DNA of 64,000 bases from an uncultured Candidatus Saccharibacteria bacterium. GTDB lineage: Bacteria; Patescibacteriota; CPR2; UBA1875; CAIMLA01. Both the position numbers and the translations under genes were made by a program. Location: the NCBI GenBank assembly GCA_964501135.1, contig CAZCRI010000001.1, positions 64,393 through 128,392 on the forward strand, read 5' to 3'. This document shows, in pieces, positions 48,584 to 57,780 of this stretch (positions within the stretch are counted from its first letter, which is position 1; the number at the start of each line of letters is the position of its first letter). Below the pieces are notes generated by a model that saw only the letters and a program-made list of their open reading frames with translations, did no database searches and was not told the origin of the DNA.

Positions 48584-48662
48584 AACCTCATTTTAACATA
48601 TAAACGAAAGAGACCCACCAGCGGGGAGTGGGTCTCCTCGTAGTGGGCCTTGATGGTTGAGC

Positions 48663-49394
48663 TTAGCTCGAAGGTGCCGGCTGCTTCTGCTCGCTCGCGA
48701 GCTTCTCGACATCAGTGACCAATCCCATGGCCACGAGATCGCGGAGAATTCGCTTGTGACCGCAGATCACTCCTTCGGGATTTACGATCCAGTCTTCACC
48801 GCGGTTGAAGAAGCCCCCGTTGATGTACTGGGGCATGTAGCGCCAGATAGGATCGTCCGGGAAGTACCGTGACATGTTCCGTGCGTGAGGAATGACCCGA
48901 TCAATGACGCCCTGGAGAGAGCCAGGGTACTTGACAGGAATCCACATCACGGCCAGGATCAGGGTGTGAGCTGCAATCCTGCGCCGCAGAGCGGCAGGCG
49001 GTTCCGCGCCGTTCTCGTCCAGAGGCGTGTTCAGGTATGCGGTGGACCGAACGGCGTGAAGGCCGGCTCGGTACAGATCTCCGTCGCCGTACTCATCATT
49101 GAGTCCTGAAACCGCGAGATATCGGCGCCAAGGCTCCCGGATAAGCCGGTCTTGCTTGATGGCTTCGAGACCAATCCGAATCTGTTCCGGATCTTCCTGG
49201 CAGTTGATCTCGAACCTGTTGCCAACCTCGGGGAACTCTGCGAAGAGTTCATCGACTTGGCCTCCTGAGAAGAGGCCGTTGACCGAGATTGCGATTGCTT
49301 TGGCGGCAATCTCCGCGGCCTTCTTGTCCGGTACGATATGCGGGTACGTGTGGAAGAAACGCTTCACGTTTCCTACTGCGTACAAAGTACTCAC
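48663..49394 (-). CDS. Hypothetical protein (high-GC island)
   Basis: 243-aa ORF with no recognised motif and strongly elevated G+C. Confidence 0.4.
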   Translation of the reverse strand: MSTLYAVGNVKRFFHTYPHIVPDKKAAEIAAKAIAISVNGLFSGGQVDELFAEFPEVGNRFEINCQEDPEQIRIGLEAIKQDRLIREPWRRYLAVSGLNDEYGDGDLYRAGLHAVRSTAYLNTPLDENGAEPPAALRRRIAAHTLILAVMWIPVKYPGSLQGVIDRVIPHARNMSRYFPDDPIWRYMPQYINGGFFNRGEDWIVNPEGVICGHKRILRDLVAMGLVTDVEKLASEQKQPAPSS

Positions 49395-49534
49395 CTCCTG
49401 GTGCCAAGTTGGGATTCACTAGTGAATCGCCTACATTATGGCGGTATTTTACCAGAAGATGCCGTATTTTTCAAGCTTGGAGAAAGGAAATAGGCAATAA
49501 AAAAGAAGCACCGACTGATGCTTCTTCTTAGGTT

Positions 49535-49717
49535 CTAGAATACTTGAGCAAGTATCCAGACGGCGACGGCCAGCAGGATGAAGAACAATCCTAAGCCGAC
49601 AGGGGAACCCCAGCTGAACCAAGACCCCCAGGCGCGCCAATGTTTCATCGAGGATTCATCGGCATCCTTCCAGGCCTTGTACTCCGCAAGCTGTTCTTCC
49701 AGAGATTTTTTAGCCAT
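49535..49717 (-). CDS. Small membrane protein (hypothetical)
   Basis: 60 aa with a Trp-rich C-terminal TM helix (WRAWGSWFSWGSPVGLGLFFILLAVAVWILAQVF). Confidence 0.3.
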   Translation of the reverse strand: MAKKSLEEQLAEYKAWKDADESSMKHWRAWGSWFSWGSPVGLGLFFILLAVAVWILAQVF

Positions 49718-49892
49718 AGTAGACTCCTTATTAAATTAATAATACGAGCCTCTATACGGGGTGTATGCCAGTGACAATTTATTCTCGAGGCGAAGATTGC
49801 CGTGAATCTGGGCTTACTAACAGGTTGATTATATCATATTTTTTTGCTGTTAGTGACACACATGAAGAAAATATTTGAGATAATACTATTGA

Positions 49893-49922
49893 CAGCTAGT
49901 GATTTTTTGGTACTATTGCTCT
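49893..49922 (+). promoter_or_regulatory. Sigma70-like promoter TTGACA-16/17 nt-TACTAT
   Basis: A consensus -35 and a near-consensus -10 in an AT-rich spacer upstream of the acidic micro-protein pair. Confidence 0.45.
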
Positions 49923-50006
49923 AATAATTCGCCTTCGCATAAAGACTGCTTGTGTGTCAGTCAGATTGTGAGCCACGAATTTGTACCAGAAAAGGAGGTG
50001 AGTCAA

Positions 50007-50120
50007 GTGGTTACTGATGGACCGACGACTGGCTGGGATCAAGACGACGACCGTGGGGAACCTCGTCCCGAACCGACGCCTACCGCTCCTGGACCCGATG
50101 AATTCTCCGACGAGGGCTAG
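50007..50120 (+). CDS. Highly acidic 37-aa micro-protein
   Basis: AAGGAGGTG RBS 7 nt before the GTG. Peptide VVTDGPTTGWDQDDDRGEPRPEPTPTAPGPDEFSDEG. Confidence 0.45.
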   Translation: MVTDGPTTGWDQDDDRGEPRPEPTPTAPGPDEFSDEG

Positions 50121-50177
50121 GTAGCCCTCCGTCCTGATGTACGAAGTCAATCCACTACCACTGTACAGGGAGGAGGT

Positions 50178-50312
50178 ATGATCATGGCCCCTGACGAGCC
50201 CTATGACGATGGTAGTCTGTCTGGTGACGTCGATGTTCTCGATCTCGTGACCGAGACCATCGAGCCCGACACCAGCGGAGCCGACGACTACAGCGCTGAC
50301 TCCCAGCCGTAG
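50178..50312 (+). CDS. Highly acidic 44-aa micro-protein
   Basis: GGGAGGAGG RBS. Peptide MIMAPDEPYDDGSLSGDVDVLDLVTETIEPDTSGADDYSADSQP. Confidence 0.45.
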   Translation: MIMAPDEPYDDGSLSGDVDVLDLVTETIEPDTSGADDYSADSQP

Positions 50313-50337
50313 ACCACGGCTTCAGCCTCAAGCCCAT

Positions 50338-50376
50338 AAGGCCCGGTAACCCGAGAAGGGGTGCCGGGCCTTTCGG
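50338..50376 (+). terminator. GC-rich hairpin terminator
   Basis: GGCCCGGtaacccgagaaggggtgCCGGGCC followed by TTTCGG. Confidence 0.55.
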
Positions 50377-50503
50377 ATTTATTTAACAATAGCTGAGTTC
50401 GATGCTTTCCGTTTTATCGTCGTTAGAAGGATAGTTAACGTGTCTAAGACTAGTTATATAAAGGGTCTAAAGCGGAGAGTCACGGTATTATTTGAAAAAA
50501 TAG

Positions 50504-50893
50504 TTATTCGTTATGTTTTTTCATAGCCTGGATGCTGTCTTTTACTAATTTTTTGACTAGACCCGCCGGGATCTCGCCGTTTGCAGGGAAGCTAAGAATC
50601 GCTTTGGTAGTTTTGTACTCTTTGAGAATATTTGCAAGGTTTTCCAGTGCTGGTGGTCGCACATGAAGGCGGATGTGTGGTGCTTTGTAGCTAAACCACG
50701 CAAACATTCCGTTGTAATCATATCCCTCGTAGGAGTATCCGGGCATCTCAAAATATTGCATGGTTTCGATTGATCCAGGAGCAGCTTCACTTATGGCGGC
50801 TCGAATCTCCTCTAGCTTGTCCCGAATTTCTGTGGGGCAGCTCGCAATATATTCATCTACGGTCTTAATCGTTCTTTCCATGTCTCTCTCCAT
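50504..50893 (-). CDS. DUF1801 (YdhG-like) family protein
   Basis: Start at MERDMERTIK, preceded on the coding strand by TATAAT 4 nt upstream (leaderless). Confidence 0.45.
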   Translation of the reverse strand: MERDMERTIKTVDEYIASCPTEIRDKLEEIRAAISEAAPGSIETMQYFEMPGYSYEGYDYNGMFAWFSYKAPHIRLHVRPPALENLANILKEYKTTKAILSFPANGEIPAGLVKKLVKDSIQAMKKHNE

Positions 50894-51023
50894 TTGTATT
50901 ATAGCCCCGACAAAATACAGACCTGAAGGATAAACTACCGAATGGTAAATTATATGGCGTCTTCTATTTGGCGAAGCGCTTAGTACAGAGTTTATGGAAG
51001 TGTAAACAGGTCTAGAGCAAAGA

Positions 51024-52115
51024 CTATCTAGTATTATCAATTTCTTTCTTGGCTGTTTTTAGAAACTTTCCGAACTGTCGATCTTTCTCCCTTTTTTCTA
51101 CTTCGTTCATCTCATAGTACTCAGACTCCTTCTTTAGGGTAATGTAGTTGTTGTACTGCTCCGGGTTAATTTCTCCTTTTCCGAGTGCAGACAGTATTGT
51201 GCATCCTGGCTCATGCATATGAGTACAATTTCCAAATTTACACTCTTTCGATAGGGCGGTTATCACGGCAAAGGAATCATCTATGCCACTGCTTAGATCC
51301 GTGATTCCGACCTCTCGCATACCTGGATTGTCTATCACGATACCGCCGTTATCTAGTAAATACAGCTGTCTGTTTGTGGTGACGTGTTTCCCTCTGCCTG
51401 CCGCATCACTGATGGCGCCAGTCTTGATTTCGCTACTACCCAGAAGTTGGTTTATAATCGTGGACTTACCAACTCCGGATGAGCCAAGAAAACAATAGGT
51501 CTTCCCTCTGACGATATATTTCGTCAGTGCCTCGAGCCCCTCGTCCGAGACGGTGTTGGTTGCGATTATGTCGATATCACCGAGCCTATCCCGTATTTCC
51601 GCTAGTTTCTCTCCTAGCTCTTCGCTGGGGATTAAATCTACTTTGTTCAAGATTATTACCGGCTTTATCTTATGGTCTCTTACAATCGCGAGATATCTTT
51701 CAAAACGATTTAGGTTGTAGTCCCGATCAACTGATTCGACGATGAGTGCGACGTCAATGTTTGTCGCGATTATCTGGACAATATTCTTTTCGCCGGGTCT
51801 GTTCCTATCACTTCGTTTTCGCTCGATCGTAGTTGCTCTTGGCAAAAAGTTGTGGATTATCGCCCGTCCTTCCTCAAGCTCGGTGATAGCTACCCAGTCA
51901 CCGACAGCGGGGAAGTCTTTCCTAGAGGCAGCTTGTTGGATCTGTTTCCCCGTGACTCTAGCGAGAAATTCACCATTTTCACCAAGAACTTTATATAAGC
52001 CAGAATACTCAGATGTAACTCGGGCGATAGAGAAAGTATCAAGGCCTAATCTCTTGCGATTAGTCTCAAAGGAATCATTATATCCCAGGTCTTTTAGTTT
52101 TATCGTCATTTCCAT
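51024..52115 (-). CDS. rsgA: Ribosome small-subunit-dependent GTPase A
   Basis: Circularly permuted GTPase motifs, GSSGVGKSTIINQL, and the C-terminal zinc motif CKFGNCTHMHEPGC. Confidence 0.85.
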   Translation of the reverse strand: MEMTIKLKDLGYNDSFETNRKRLGLDTFSIARVTSEYSGLYKVLGENGEFLARVTGKQIQQAASRKDFPAVGDWVAITELEEGRAIIHNFLPRATTIERKRSDRNRPGEKNIVQIIATNIDVALIVESVDRDYNLNRFERYLAIVRDHKIKPVIILNKVDLIPSEELGEKLAEIRDRLGDIDIIATNTVSDEGLEALTKYIVRGKTYCFLGSSGVGKSTIINQLLGSSEIKTGAISDAAGRGKHVTTNRQLYLLDNGGIVIDNPGMREVGITDLSSGIDDSFAVITALSKECKFGNCTHMHEPGCTILSALGKGEINPEQYNNYITLKKESEYYEMNEVEKREKDRQFGKFLKTAKKEIDNTR

Positions 52116-52149
52116 ATCATTTCTCCGAAACTATTATACCCTAGTATTA

Positions 52150-52221
52150 ATCGTCAAAAACATAAGCTACCTTGCGGTAGCTTATAAACTGTTCTATTCG
52201 GCGAAGCAAAAGGCGCGGAGG
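52150..52221 (-). repeat. Intergenic module copy A (partial: hairpin plus the GTTCTATTCGGCGAAGC motif)
   Basis: AAGCTACCttgcGGTAGCTT hairpin and the conserved motif abutting the stop codon of the gene at 52222. Confidence 0.6.
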
Positions 52222-52590
52222 TTATATGTAGCGCTTTTTGTCGTGGACGCATAAAGTACCTTCTTCGTTGACCCACTTCTTCTCTTCCTTCTCTAGAAAT
52301 GCCTCGATTCCGTTGTCTCTGATAAACTCCAGGTTCTCTATTTCGCTCATTCCATATCTCTCTTGGTATCGTTCGTCCAGCTTTCGAATGCTTTCACAGG
52401 GGAATTTTTCACACTGAAAGCAGTATTCGCCGGTTCTTTTGGTGCACAGTTTTCGGCTACATTTTAAACACCTGCCGTTTACTTTTCTTCCAGAGAAGCA
52501 CCCAGGGCACTTGTTTTCAGCTCTCAAATGTAGCTGGCATAGACCGCAGTTCATGCCACAAGGAGCGATAAGCTCTTTTTTCATCTTCAT
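52222..52590 (-). CDS. DUF3795-like Cys-rich protein
   Basis: At least 12 Cys in CxxC-type pairs near the N-terminus (CGMNCGLC..CPGC..C..C). Confidence 0.45.
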   Translation of the reverse strand: MKMKKELIAPCGMNCGLCQLHLRAENKCPGCFSGRKVNGRCLKCSRKLCTKRTGEYCFQCEKFPCESIRKLDERYQERYGMSEIENLEFIRDNGIEAFLEKEEKKWVNEEGTLCVHDKKRYI

Positions 52591-52650
52591 GATTATATTA
52601 TAGCAAAACAGAATAGTGCTGTCGTAATTGCGAAACCATTTCTGGTTCTA

Positions 52651-52686
52651 GTGTTCTATTTGGCGAAGAAGTACTCTGCGCAGGAG
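52651..52686 (-). repeat. Intergenic module copy B (partial: GTTCTATTTGGCGAAG motif)
   Basis: Conserved motif immediately after the stop codon of the gene at 52687. Confidence 0.5.
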
Positions 52687-53082
52687 TCAGAGTGAGGTAA
52701 TTTGATTTATCAACCTCTTGTATTCATCTCTCATGTTCAGTTTTGAAATTTCGCAATCACCAAACCATCCGAAATCTGTCGATTCGTGATCAAGTTCAAT
52801 CTCTTCTAGTTGTGCCGAACAGCTATAAACCAGAACGATAAAGTGATACTCGGCAATATCGGTTTTCGAGACAAAAGAAAAGGTGCTTATTGGATTGCCG
52901 ACCGATACTTTTTCCGCTCCCAGTTCTTCCTTTAGCTCACGTTTCAAAGCTTCCTCTGGACTTTCCCCAAATTCTATCCTGCCGCCCGGTAGTTCCCAAA
53001 CATTATTATTGTCTTTGACTAATAATACCTTGCTGCCATTTCTGATAATCGCTTTAGTCGTAGTTCTCTGTAATTTTTTCAT
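52687..53082 (-). CDS. NUDIX hydrolase
   Basis: NUDIX box GGRIEFGESPEEALKRELKEELG. Confidence 0.8.
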   Translation of the reverse strand: MKKLQRTTTKAIIRNGSKVLLVKDNNNVWELPGGRIEFGESPEEALKRELKEELGAEKVSVGNPISTFSFVSKTDIAEYHFIVLVYSCSAQLEEIELDHESTDFGWFGDCEISKLNMRDEYKRLINQITSL

Positions 53083-53103
53083 AAATATTATTATATCAAA
53101 AAA

Positions 53104-53203
53104 CGTCTTAGCAGATAAAGTTTTCTACGTCATTAATAGAAATAAGCTACCTTGCGGCAGCTTATTTAGTAGGTTCTATTTGGCGAAGCGGGAGGCGCTG
53201 GAG
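53104..53203 (-). repeat. Intergenic module copy C (full length)
   Basis: GCTTAGCAG...TTTTCTACGTCATTAATAGAAATAAGCT-hairpin-AGCTTATTTAGTAGGTTCTATTTGGCGAAGCGGGAGGCGC. An extended -10 TGATATAAT lies 7 nt before the ATG of 52687-53082. Confidence 0.7.
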
Positions 53204-53692
53204 CTATTTTTTATTATTCATAATTTCTAAAAGCTCGGCTGCAGTTTCTTTTGGATTTTGTTCCGAATTATCAATAACGGTGCCGTATCCGGGATTGTTA
53301 ATCTTAATTTTATAGTGGTAATGGATTCTATCCACCTCTTTACTGTCAAGCTCTCGATTCCCCCTGTTTGTTATTACCTTTTCGAGTTTTGGGCTAAGAG
53401 TGAAGGCATGTATTTCCGTTCCTAAATTATCCAATTCAGATACAATTTTTTTATAGCTCTCCTTCGTCAGAGGATAGGGAATAATAACATTATAATTATT
53501 TTTTGCGAAAGATTTAATCACTTCAGCGCCGACCTTGTGCACCATCGGTATTGCCTTATCAATTGGTAGCCAATCAATAAAGTGTCTGATGCTATCAAAT
53601 TCAACGAGAGCAGTATCTGGAATCATTTTTTGAAGAATTTCAGATACAGTAGACTTGCCTGCATTTATTGATCCGTTTATAAAAATAATCAT
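53204..53692 (-). CDS. P-loop NTPase / small-molecule kinase-like protein (AAA_33-like)
   Basis: The N-terminal Walker A motif IFINGSINAGKSTV. 162 aa. Confidence 0.5.
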   Translation of the reverse strand: MIIFINGSINAGKSTVSEILQKMIPDTALVEFDSIRHFIDWLPIDKAIPMVHKVGAEVIKSFAKNNYNVIIPYPLTKESYKKIVSELDNLGTEIHAFTLSPKLEKVITNRGNRELDSKEVDRIHYHYKIKINNPGYGTVIDNSEQNPKETAAELLEIMNNKK

Positions 53693-53712
53693 ACGCTTAT
53701 TTTATCACAAAA

Positions 53713-53813
53713 AGCGCTTAGCAGGTTAACTGTTTTGCGTCATTAATAGAAATAAGCTACCCCAAGGTAGCTTATTTAGTATGTTCCATTTGGCGAGGCA
53801 CTCAGCGCGGGAA
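53713..53813 (-). repeat. Intergenic module copy D (full length)
   Basis: Hairpin variant AAGCTACCccaaGGTAGCTT, a perfect stem. Extended -10 TGATAAAAT. Confidence 0.7.
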
Positions 53814-54296
53814 CTAATTAACTTTAGATAAATATTTTTTTAATGCAGCAATCTTTTGATTATCAGCATCGCCCTTTCTCTCTTTTCGATAGTTATCTTT
53901 CAACGATGCTTCATACGCCCTTAAATATTGCGATGCATCTAAAACATAGAATCTTGCCCCTTGCTTGTCTACAGGGGTTAATTTTTCAATTGTCAGTCCT
54001 GAATGTTGTTTGGATTCTTCAAGAGAACCGAAAGCAATCCAGCCCTCAATTTCTTTATGAGAGAATTCATGCTCATGCTCATCATCCATTCTAAACCCCA
54101 TTGACTCGAGATACCCCTTAAAATCTAACCACCTATCTTTTAAATAAGTTTCGGGTATTAAATAATCTATGTCGTCTACAGGATTTAACGGCTCGATTAT
54201 TTGGTACAAACCCAAGGAGCCATATAGGACTGGGGTAATTCCCCATTTATTTAGGATCTTTGTAACTCTAATAAAATCATTGAACTTTTTTTGCAT
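53814..54296 (-). CDS. Nucleotidyltransferase-fold protein (Lnu/ANT-like minimal NTase)
   Basis: PVLYGSLGLY...DDIDYLIP matches the hG[GS]...DxD NTase motif. 160 aa. Confidence 0.45.
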   Translation of the reverse strand: MQKKFNDFIRVTKILNKWGITPVLYGSLGLYQIIEPLNPVDDIDYLIPETYLKDRWLDFKGYLESMGFRMDDEHEHEFSHKEIEGWIAFGSLEESKQHSGLTIEKLTPVDKQGARFYVLDASQYLRAYEASLKDNYRKERKGDADNQKIAALKKYLSKVN

Positions 54297-54316
54297 GTGT
54301 AAATCTTATCAAAAAA

Positions 54317-54420
54317 TGTGCTTAGCAGATAGCTAAAATTGCGTCATTAATATAAATAAACTACCTTGCGGCAGCTTATTAGACTTGTTCCATTTGGCGA
54401 ACCACTCAGCGCAGGAACCA
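54317..54420 (-). repeat. Intergenic module copy E (full length)
   Basis: Hairpin variant AAACTACCttgcGGCAGCTT. Extended -10 TGATAAGAT. Confidence 0.7.
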
Positions 54421-54585
54421 ACTATGAATATGAAAATATTATGAAAAGCGCCCCAACCAACTTGTGGGTGGAGCGCAGCCAGGACCAGGATGAAATCCTG
54501 CTCGAACTGACTTTGTACCATGTGAATTTAGGACCTTGGTACGAGATCCTGTCCGCTCAAATTTGAGCGCTTCTTGCTGCCCGAA

Positions 54586-54687
54586 CTATTTCTTCGGTTC
54601 GGGCGTCTTCGTGCCCGGCTCGGGCTTCTCCTTGACGGTGATCGCGGACACCTTCTGGGCGTCCAAGACCGCTTTGCACTTAGACAT
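54586..54687 (-). CDS. 33-aa Lys-rich peptide with a single Cys (candidate precursor peptide)
   Basis: GGAAGGAGGTG RBS 3 nt upstream of the ATG, which overlaps the stop of the YkgJ-like gene. Peptide MSKCKAVLDAQKVSAITVKEKPEPGTKTPEPKK. Confidence 0.35.
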   Translation of the reverse strand: MSKCKAVLDAQKVSAITVKEKPEPGTKTPEPKK

Positions 54688-55258
54688 GGTTGTCACCTCC
54701 TTCCCCAACTAGGATATCGATTGAGGCGATCGCCTCGAATGAGTTGGGACCGTCGGGGAAAGACGATATCTCGTCGATTTCCGCGTACTCATCGGTGAGA
54801 CTCCGGATCGTTCCCGGGGAAACGGAACGAAGAATCTCGATGACTGTGCGGAAGAAGGACATCCTCTTTTCGCCTTGAAGCTCTCGGGAGAACTGGCAGT
54901 CCTCGTGCAATACGAGCTGCACTATGCCTTCGTACATGGCGAACCCGACAGGGTACATCCGGCATACGAGAGGCCGAGAGTTGTAGATTGTACACAAGCC
55001 TTCGGCTCGTAGTCTGCAAGGTGGCTTTGGCTTGTCGATCAGGATGTGACCGTCGACTTCTTCGAAGGAGTGCAGGAAGTGCAGTCCTTTGTTGATCTCG
55101 ACTATCGGTACACCCAGCTCGTATAGAGATTCGGCTTCCTCTCCTAGAAGCCAGACGTAGCCTTCACAGTCGTGGTCTTTGCAGTCGGCACAAATCATGC
55201 CGATTGTCTCGTAGATACGCCCAAACGCGTCGTATAGCGTTCTTAAGTCCTTGTTCAA
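54680..55258 (-). CDS. YkgJ-family (UPF0153, CxxCxxCC-type) putative Fe-S/zinc cluster protein
   Basis: CADCKDHDC near the N-terminus. PPCRLRAEGLCTIYNSRPLVCRMYP matches the family signature C.IY..RP..CR.YP. AGGAGG RBS before the TTG start. Confidence 0.6.
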   Translation of the reverse strand: MNKDLRTLYDAFGRIYETIGMICADCKDHDCEGYVWLLGEEAESLYELGVPIVEINKGLHFLHSFEEVDGHILIDKPKPPCRLRAEGLCTIYNSRPLVCRMYPVGFAMYEGIVQLVLHEDCQFSRELQGEKRMSFFRTVIEILRSVSPGTIRSLTDEYAEIDEISSFPDGPNSFEAIASIDILVGEGGDNHV

Positions 55259-55260
55259 CT

Positions 55261-56172
55261 TCAGCCTCCTTTCAGAATCGGGCAGCGTGAGGTGTCGTTG
55301 AGGCAGATACTGATTCCCGAGGCGTTGTATACCGCGTAGCGGCAGGACCGGGGTATCTGCTGTGTAGTGTGGTAGAGCGTGTGGTCGTTCATAAAATCCT
55401 CATCGAGTAGCGCCCCGATCAAAGACTCGGGACTGTGCAGAGCAAGCTCTGCACAGGGGTATACCACCCCTCTGTAATCGATGTAGGCAGAACGGGTCGA
55501 GATCTCGCAGGAGCAATCGAGGGGACTGCTACCGAGCTCGAGGGTCGGATCCAACTGAGAGCGAATGATTCTCAGCTTTTCAGCTAGGTCCATTCCACCA
55601 AGTCCGAGGTAGCTATTCTTACTGGCCCTGCCTTCGCAGTTGATCTCATTGAAGTGGAAACTACCAACGCCCAACCCGATCAGCTCCAGGACTATTTCGT
55701 CCAGGCTTCTAAGGTTGAGTGAGTTGATAGTCAGATAGACGGTAACAGGTTTTCCGGTTTCGACTATCTTTGACAGGGTTGCAACAGTCTTGCGGAACGA
55801 TCCCGTTCCTCGAATCAGATCGTGAATACGTTCGGTTCCTTCGACACTGACTCCAATCTGGTCGATGAGACCTTCGTTGATGACTGAAGTCGTTGCCTCT
55901 TGGTAGGTCCCGTTGGTGATGATGCTGGTCGAGATACCGAGCGTTTTCGCTTGCCGTAGCAGGAGGTGAAGGTCCTTCCGGGTGAAAGGTTCCCCGCCCG
56001 TGATAAACACCCTCTGACATCCCAGCGAAGCAATCTTCCTCAGGATCTGAACAGACGCTTCGGTGCTTGTCTCACCGGTTTCTAGATCACCGATGATGCA
56101 GTGGGTGCATTGCAGGTTGCAGTTGCGGGTGATCTCCCAGTGCCAGTCTCGGAGTGTCGGGGGGTTATCCAT
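55261..56172 (-). CDS. Radical SAM / SPASM-domain enzyme (second of a pair)
   Basis: CNLQCTHC (CxxxCxxC), GGEP, and a C-terminal Cys-rich region (C..C..C...C) consistent with SPASM/twitch auxiliary clusters. Confidence 0.8.
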   Translation of the reverse strand: MDNPPTLRDWHWEITRNCNLQCTHCIIGDLETGETSTEASVQILRKIASLGCQRVFITGGEPFTRKDLHLLLRQAKTLGISTSIITNGTYQEATTSVINEGLIDQIGVSVEGTERIHDLIRGTGSFRKTVATLSKIVETGKPVTVYLTINSLNLRSLDEIVLELIGLGVGSFHFNEINCEGRASKNSYLGLGGMDLAEKLRIIRSQLDPTLELGSSPLDCSCEISTRSAYIDYRGVVYPCAELALHSPESLIGALLDEDFMNDHTLYHTTQQIPRSCRYAVYNASGISICLNDTSRCPILKGG

Positions 56173-57469
56173 GATCCGGCCCTGCGAAGTCGATCGCACC
56201 AACTTGTGCGAGCAGGGAGACGAGTCTCCTCATCTCGTTGGTTTCGACCCGTTTGGCGTTCAGCTCGATGAGCTCAGCCTCAGAGGTGATGCCGCCGAGA
56301 ATCTGTTTGAGGATGTGGATGCACAGGGCATCAATCTCGATCGTTTGATACCGGGTGACCAGGTAGGCTTCCTTATGGGCCGTGTTAATCCTGGCGTACG
56401 AGTTGGGTCGGAAAGACCGCATCTCGGACAGAAAGTCCGGCGATGTGGTCTTAGTGGGCAGCTCGGCGTTATTCGTGATAGTCAGCGCTTCGTTGCCCCT
56501 TACAGCGTAGTCTACGCTGTAGGTTTGCGCCGAGTTCGCGTCGACCTTGCACCCGCAAAGGCATTCGGTCAGGACGTCGCAACCGACGCACGGTCTCTCA
56601 ATCCATCCAAGATCTCTGAACTCCGAGAGTTCCGGATTGCTCCAGATGGTTTCGAAGTCCTCGGTCAGGATGTTGCCGTATACCCGTTCTGATTGGTTGC
56701 AGGTACGGACGTTGCCGTTGGGGTTGACGGCGGCGAAGGTGACTCCAGCGCCGCAGTCCGCGGTCATCTGCTCGGGGATCAGGCGATCGTCGAGACAGAA
56801 GGGAATTGCAGTACCCCAACCGACGGGGATGTTGAAGTCGTCGCGACCCTGGATCATCTGACCCAGCGCAATGCGGAACTGCTCGGTCGAGGGCTTCATC
56901 TGCGTAGAGCTTTGGCTTCCTAAGCCACCGTCTTCGTATCTGTCTACAAAGACGCTTTCCATGCCCATCTCCTTGGCCAGACGGATCAGATCGTACATCT
57001 GGTCGAAGTTCTGGGCCGTGAGGACCGGGATGCAGCGAACGTCGAATCCTCGCTCGACGTATTTCATGATCGAGCTCGTGGCCTGCTTGAAGCTCCCGGC
57101 CTTGTTCGTAAGGTAGTCGTGAGTATTCTCCATGCCATGGAGCGGTACGCCGATGCACGCGAGCTTGGTCGAGAGGCCATCGAGGTACACTTGGCCGTTC
57201 GTAACGATGGTCACGGATGACTGTGTAGACAGCAGCTCGATGTACTCGTTGAGCTTTACTGTCCCTAGGAGACTGGGTTCACCTCCGATGAGGTAGACGT
57301 GGGGGATCTTCGATGCGTGAACCCTGGCGACGATCTGGTCTATGATGGCCGGGTCGATCCTGCTGTTGCGGTTGGGGTTGTAGCAGAACTTGCACTGCTG
57401 GTTACACGCGTAGGTGGTTTCGATGTGAACGAGATGCGGAACACTCGGTGCGATAATCTGGCAGGGCAT
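56165..57469 (-). CDS. Radical SAM / SPASM-domain enzyme (first of a pair) with a ~100-aa C-terminal extension
   Basis: CNQQCKFC, GGEP, and the SPASM cysteines CGAG...C...PCVGCDVLTECLCGCK. The extra C-terminal alpha-helical-looking region could be an RRE-like domain. Confidence 0.8.
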   Translation of the reverse strand: MPCQIIAPSVPHLVHIETTYACNQQCKFCYNPNRNSRIDPAIIDQIVARVHASKIPHVYLIGGEPSLLGTVKLNEYIELLSTQSSVTIVTNGQVYLDGLSTKLACIGVPLHGMENTHDYLTNKAGSFKQATSSIMKYVERGFDVRCIPVLTAQNFDQMYDLIRLAKEMGMESVFVDRYEDGGLGSQSSTQMKPSTEQFRIALGQMIQGRDDFNIPVGWGTAIPFCLDDRLIPEQMTADCGAGVTFAAVNPNGNVRTCNQSERVYGNILTEDFETIWSNPELSEFRDLGWIERPCVGCDVLTECLCGCKVDANSAQTYSVDYAVRGNEALTITNNAELPTKTTSPDFLSEMRSFRPNSYARINTAHKEAYLVTRYQTIEIDALCIHILKQILGGITSEAELIELNAKRVETNEMRRLVSLLAQVGAIDFAGPDHG

Positions 57470-57474
57470 CGCGG

Positions 57475-57780
57475 TTACCTCCCGTTTCTCTTCATGACTT
57501 CAAGGATGGTGTCGAAGTTGTCGTTCTCCGCGGACTTACACCGCTTCACGGCACCACACTTGGTGCATTTGAAGGTAATGATGTAGCCCAGTCCTTTCGT
57601 CTCGATCGAGATGGGCTCCATGAGCCCCTGGCATTCTGACTGTCGATCTCCAGGATTGATATCCACGTGTTTGCTGTGAAGACACTCGGGGCAGTGGTTA
57701 GTATAACCATTGCCGACGGTTGTGTGTCCACAGTGTTCGCAGATAAAATCCTCGATGTTACGAGTAAATCGCTTACTCAT
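57475..57780 (-). CDS. RNHCP-domain zinc-ribbon protein
   Basis: CEHCGHTTVGNGYTNHCPEC matches the xNHCP motif between two CxxC pairs. A second knuckle is CTKCGAVKRC. AAAGGGAG RBS before the ATG at 57780. Confidence 0.55.
   Translation of the reverse strand: MSKRFTRNIEDFICEHCGHTTVGNGYTNHCPECLHSKHVDINPGDRQSECQGLMEPISIETKGLGYIITFKCTKCGAVKRCKSAENDNFDTILEVMKRNGR

Noticed and set aside
54333-54521. 62-aa minus-strand ORF overlapping intergenic module copy E.
   Set aside because: It lies inside the conserved repeat and promoter element. It has no RBS. It is probably spurious.
54574-54798. 74-aa plus-strand Arg-rich ORF opposite the 33-aa peptide and YkgJ genes.
   Set aside because: It has an antisense, high-GC Arg/Leu-rich composition typical of spurious frames.
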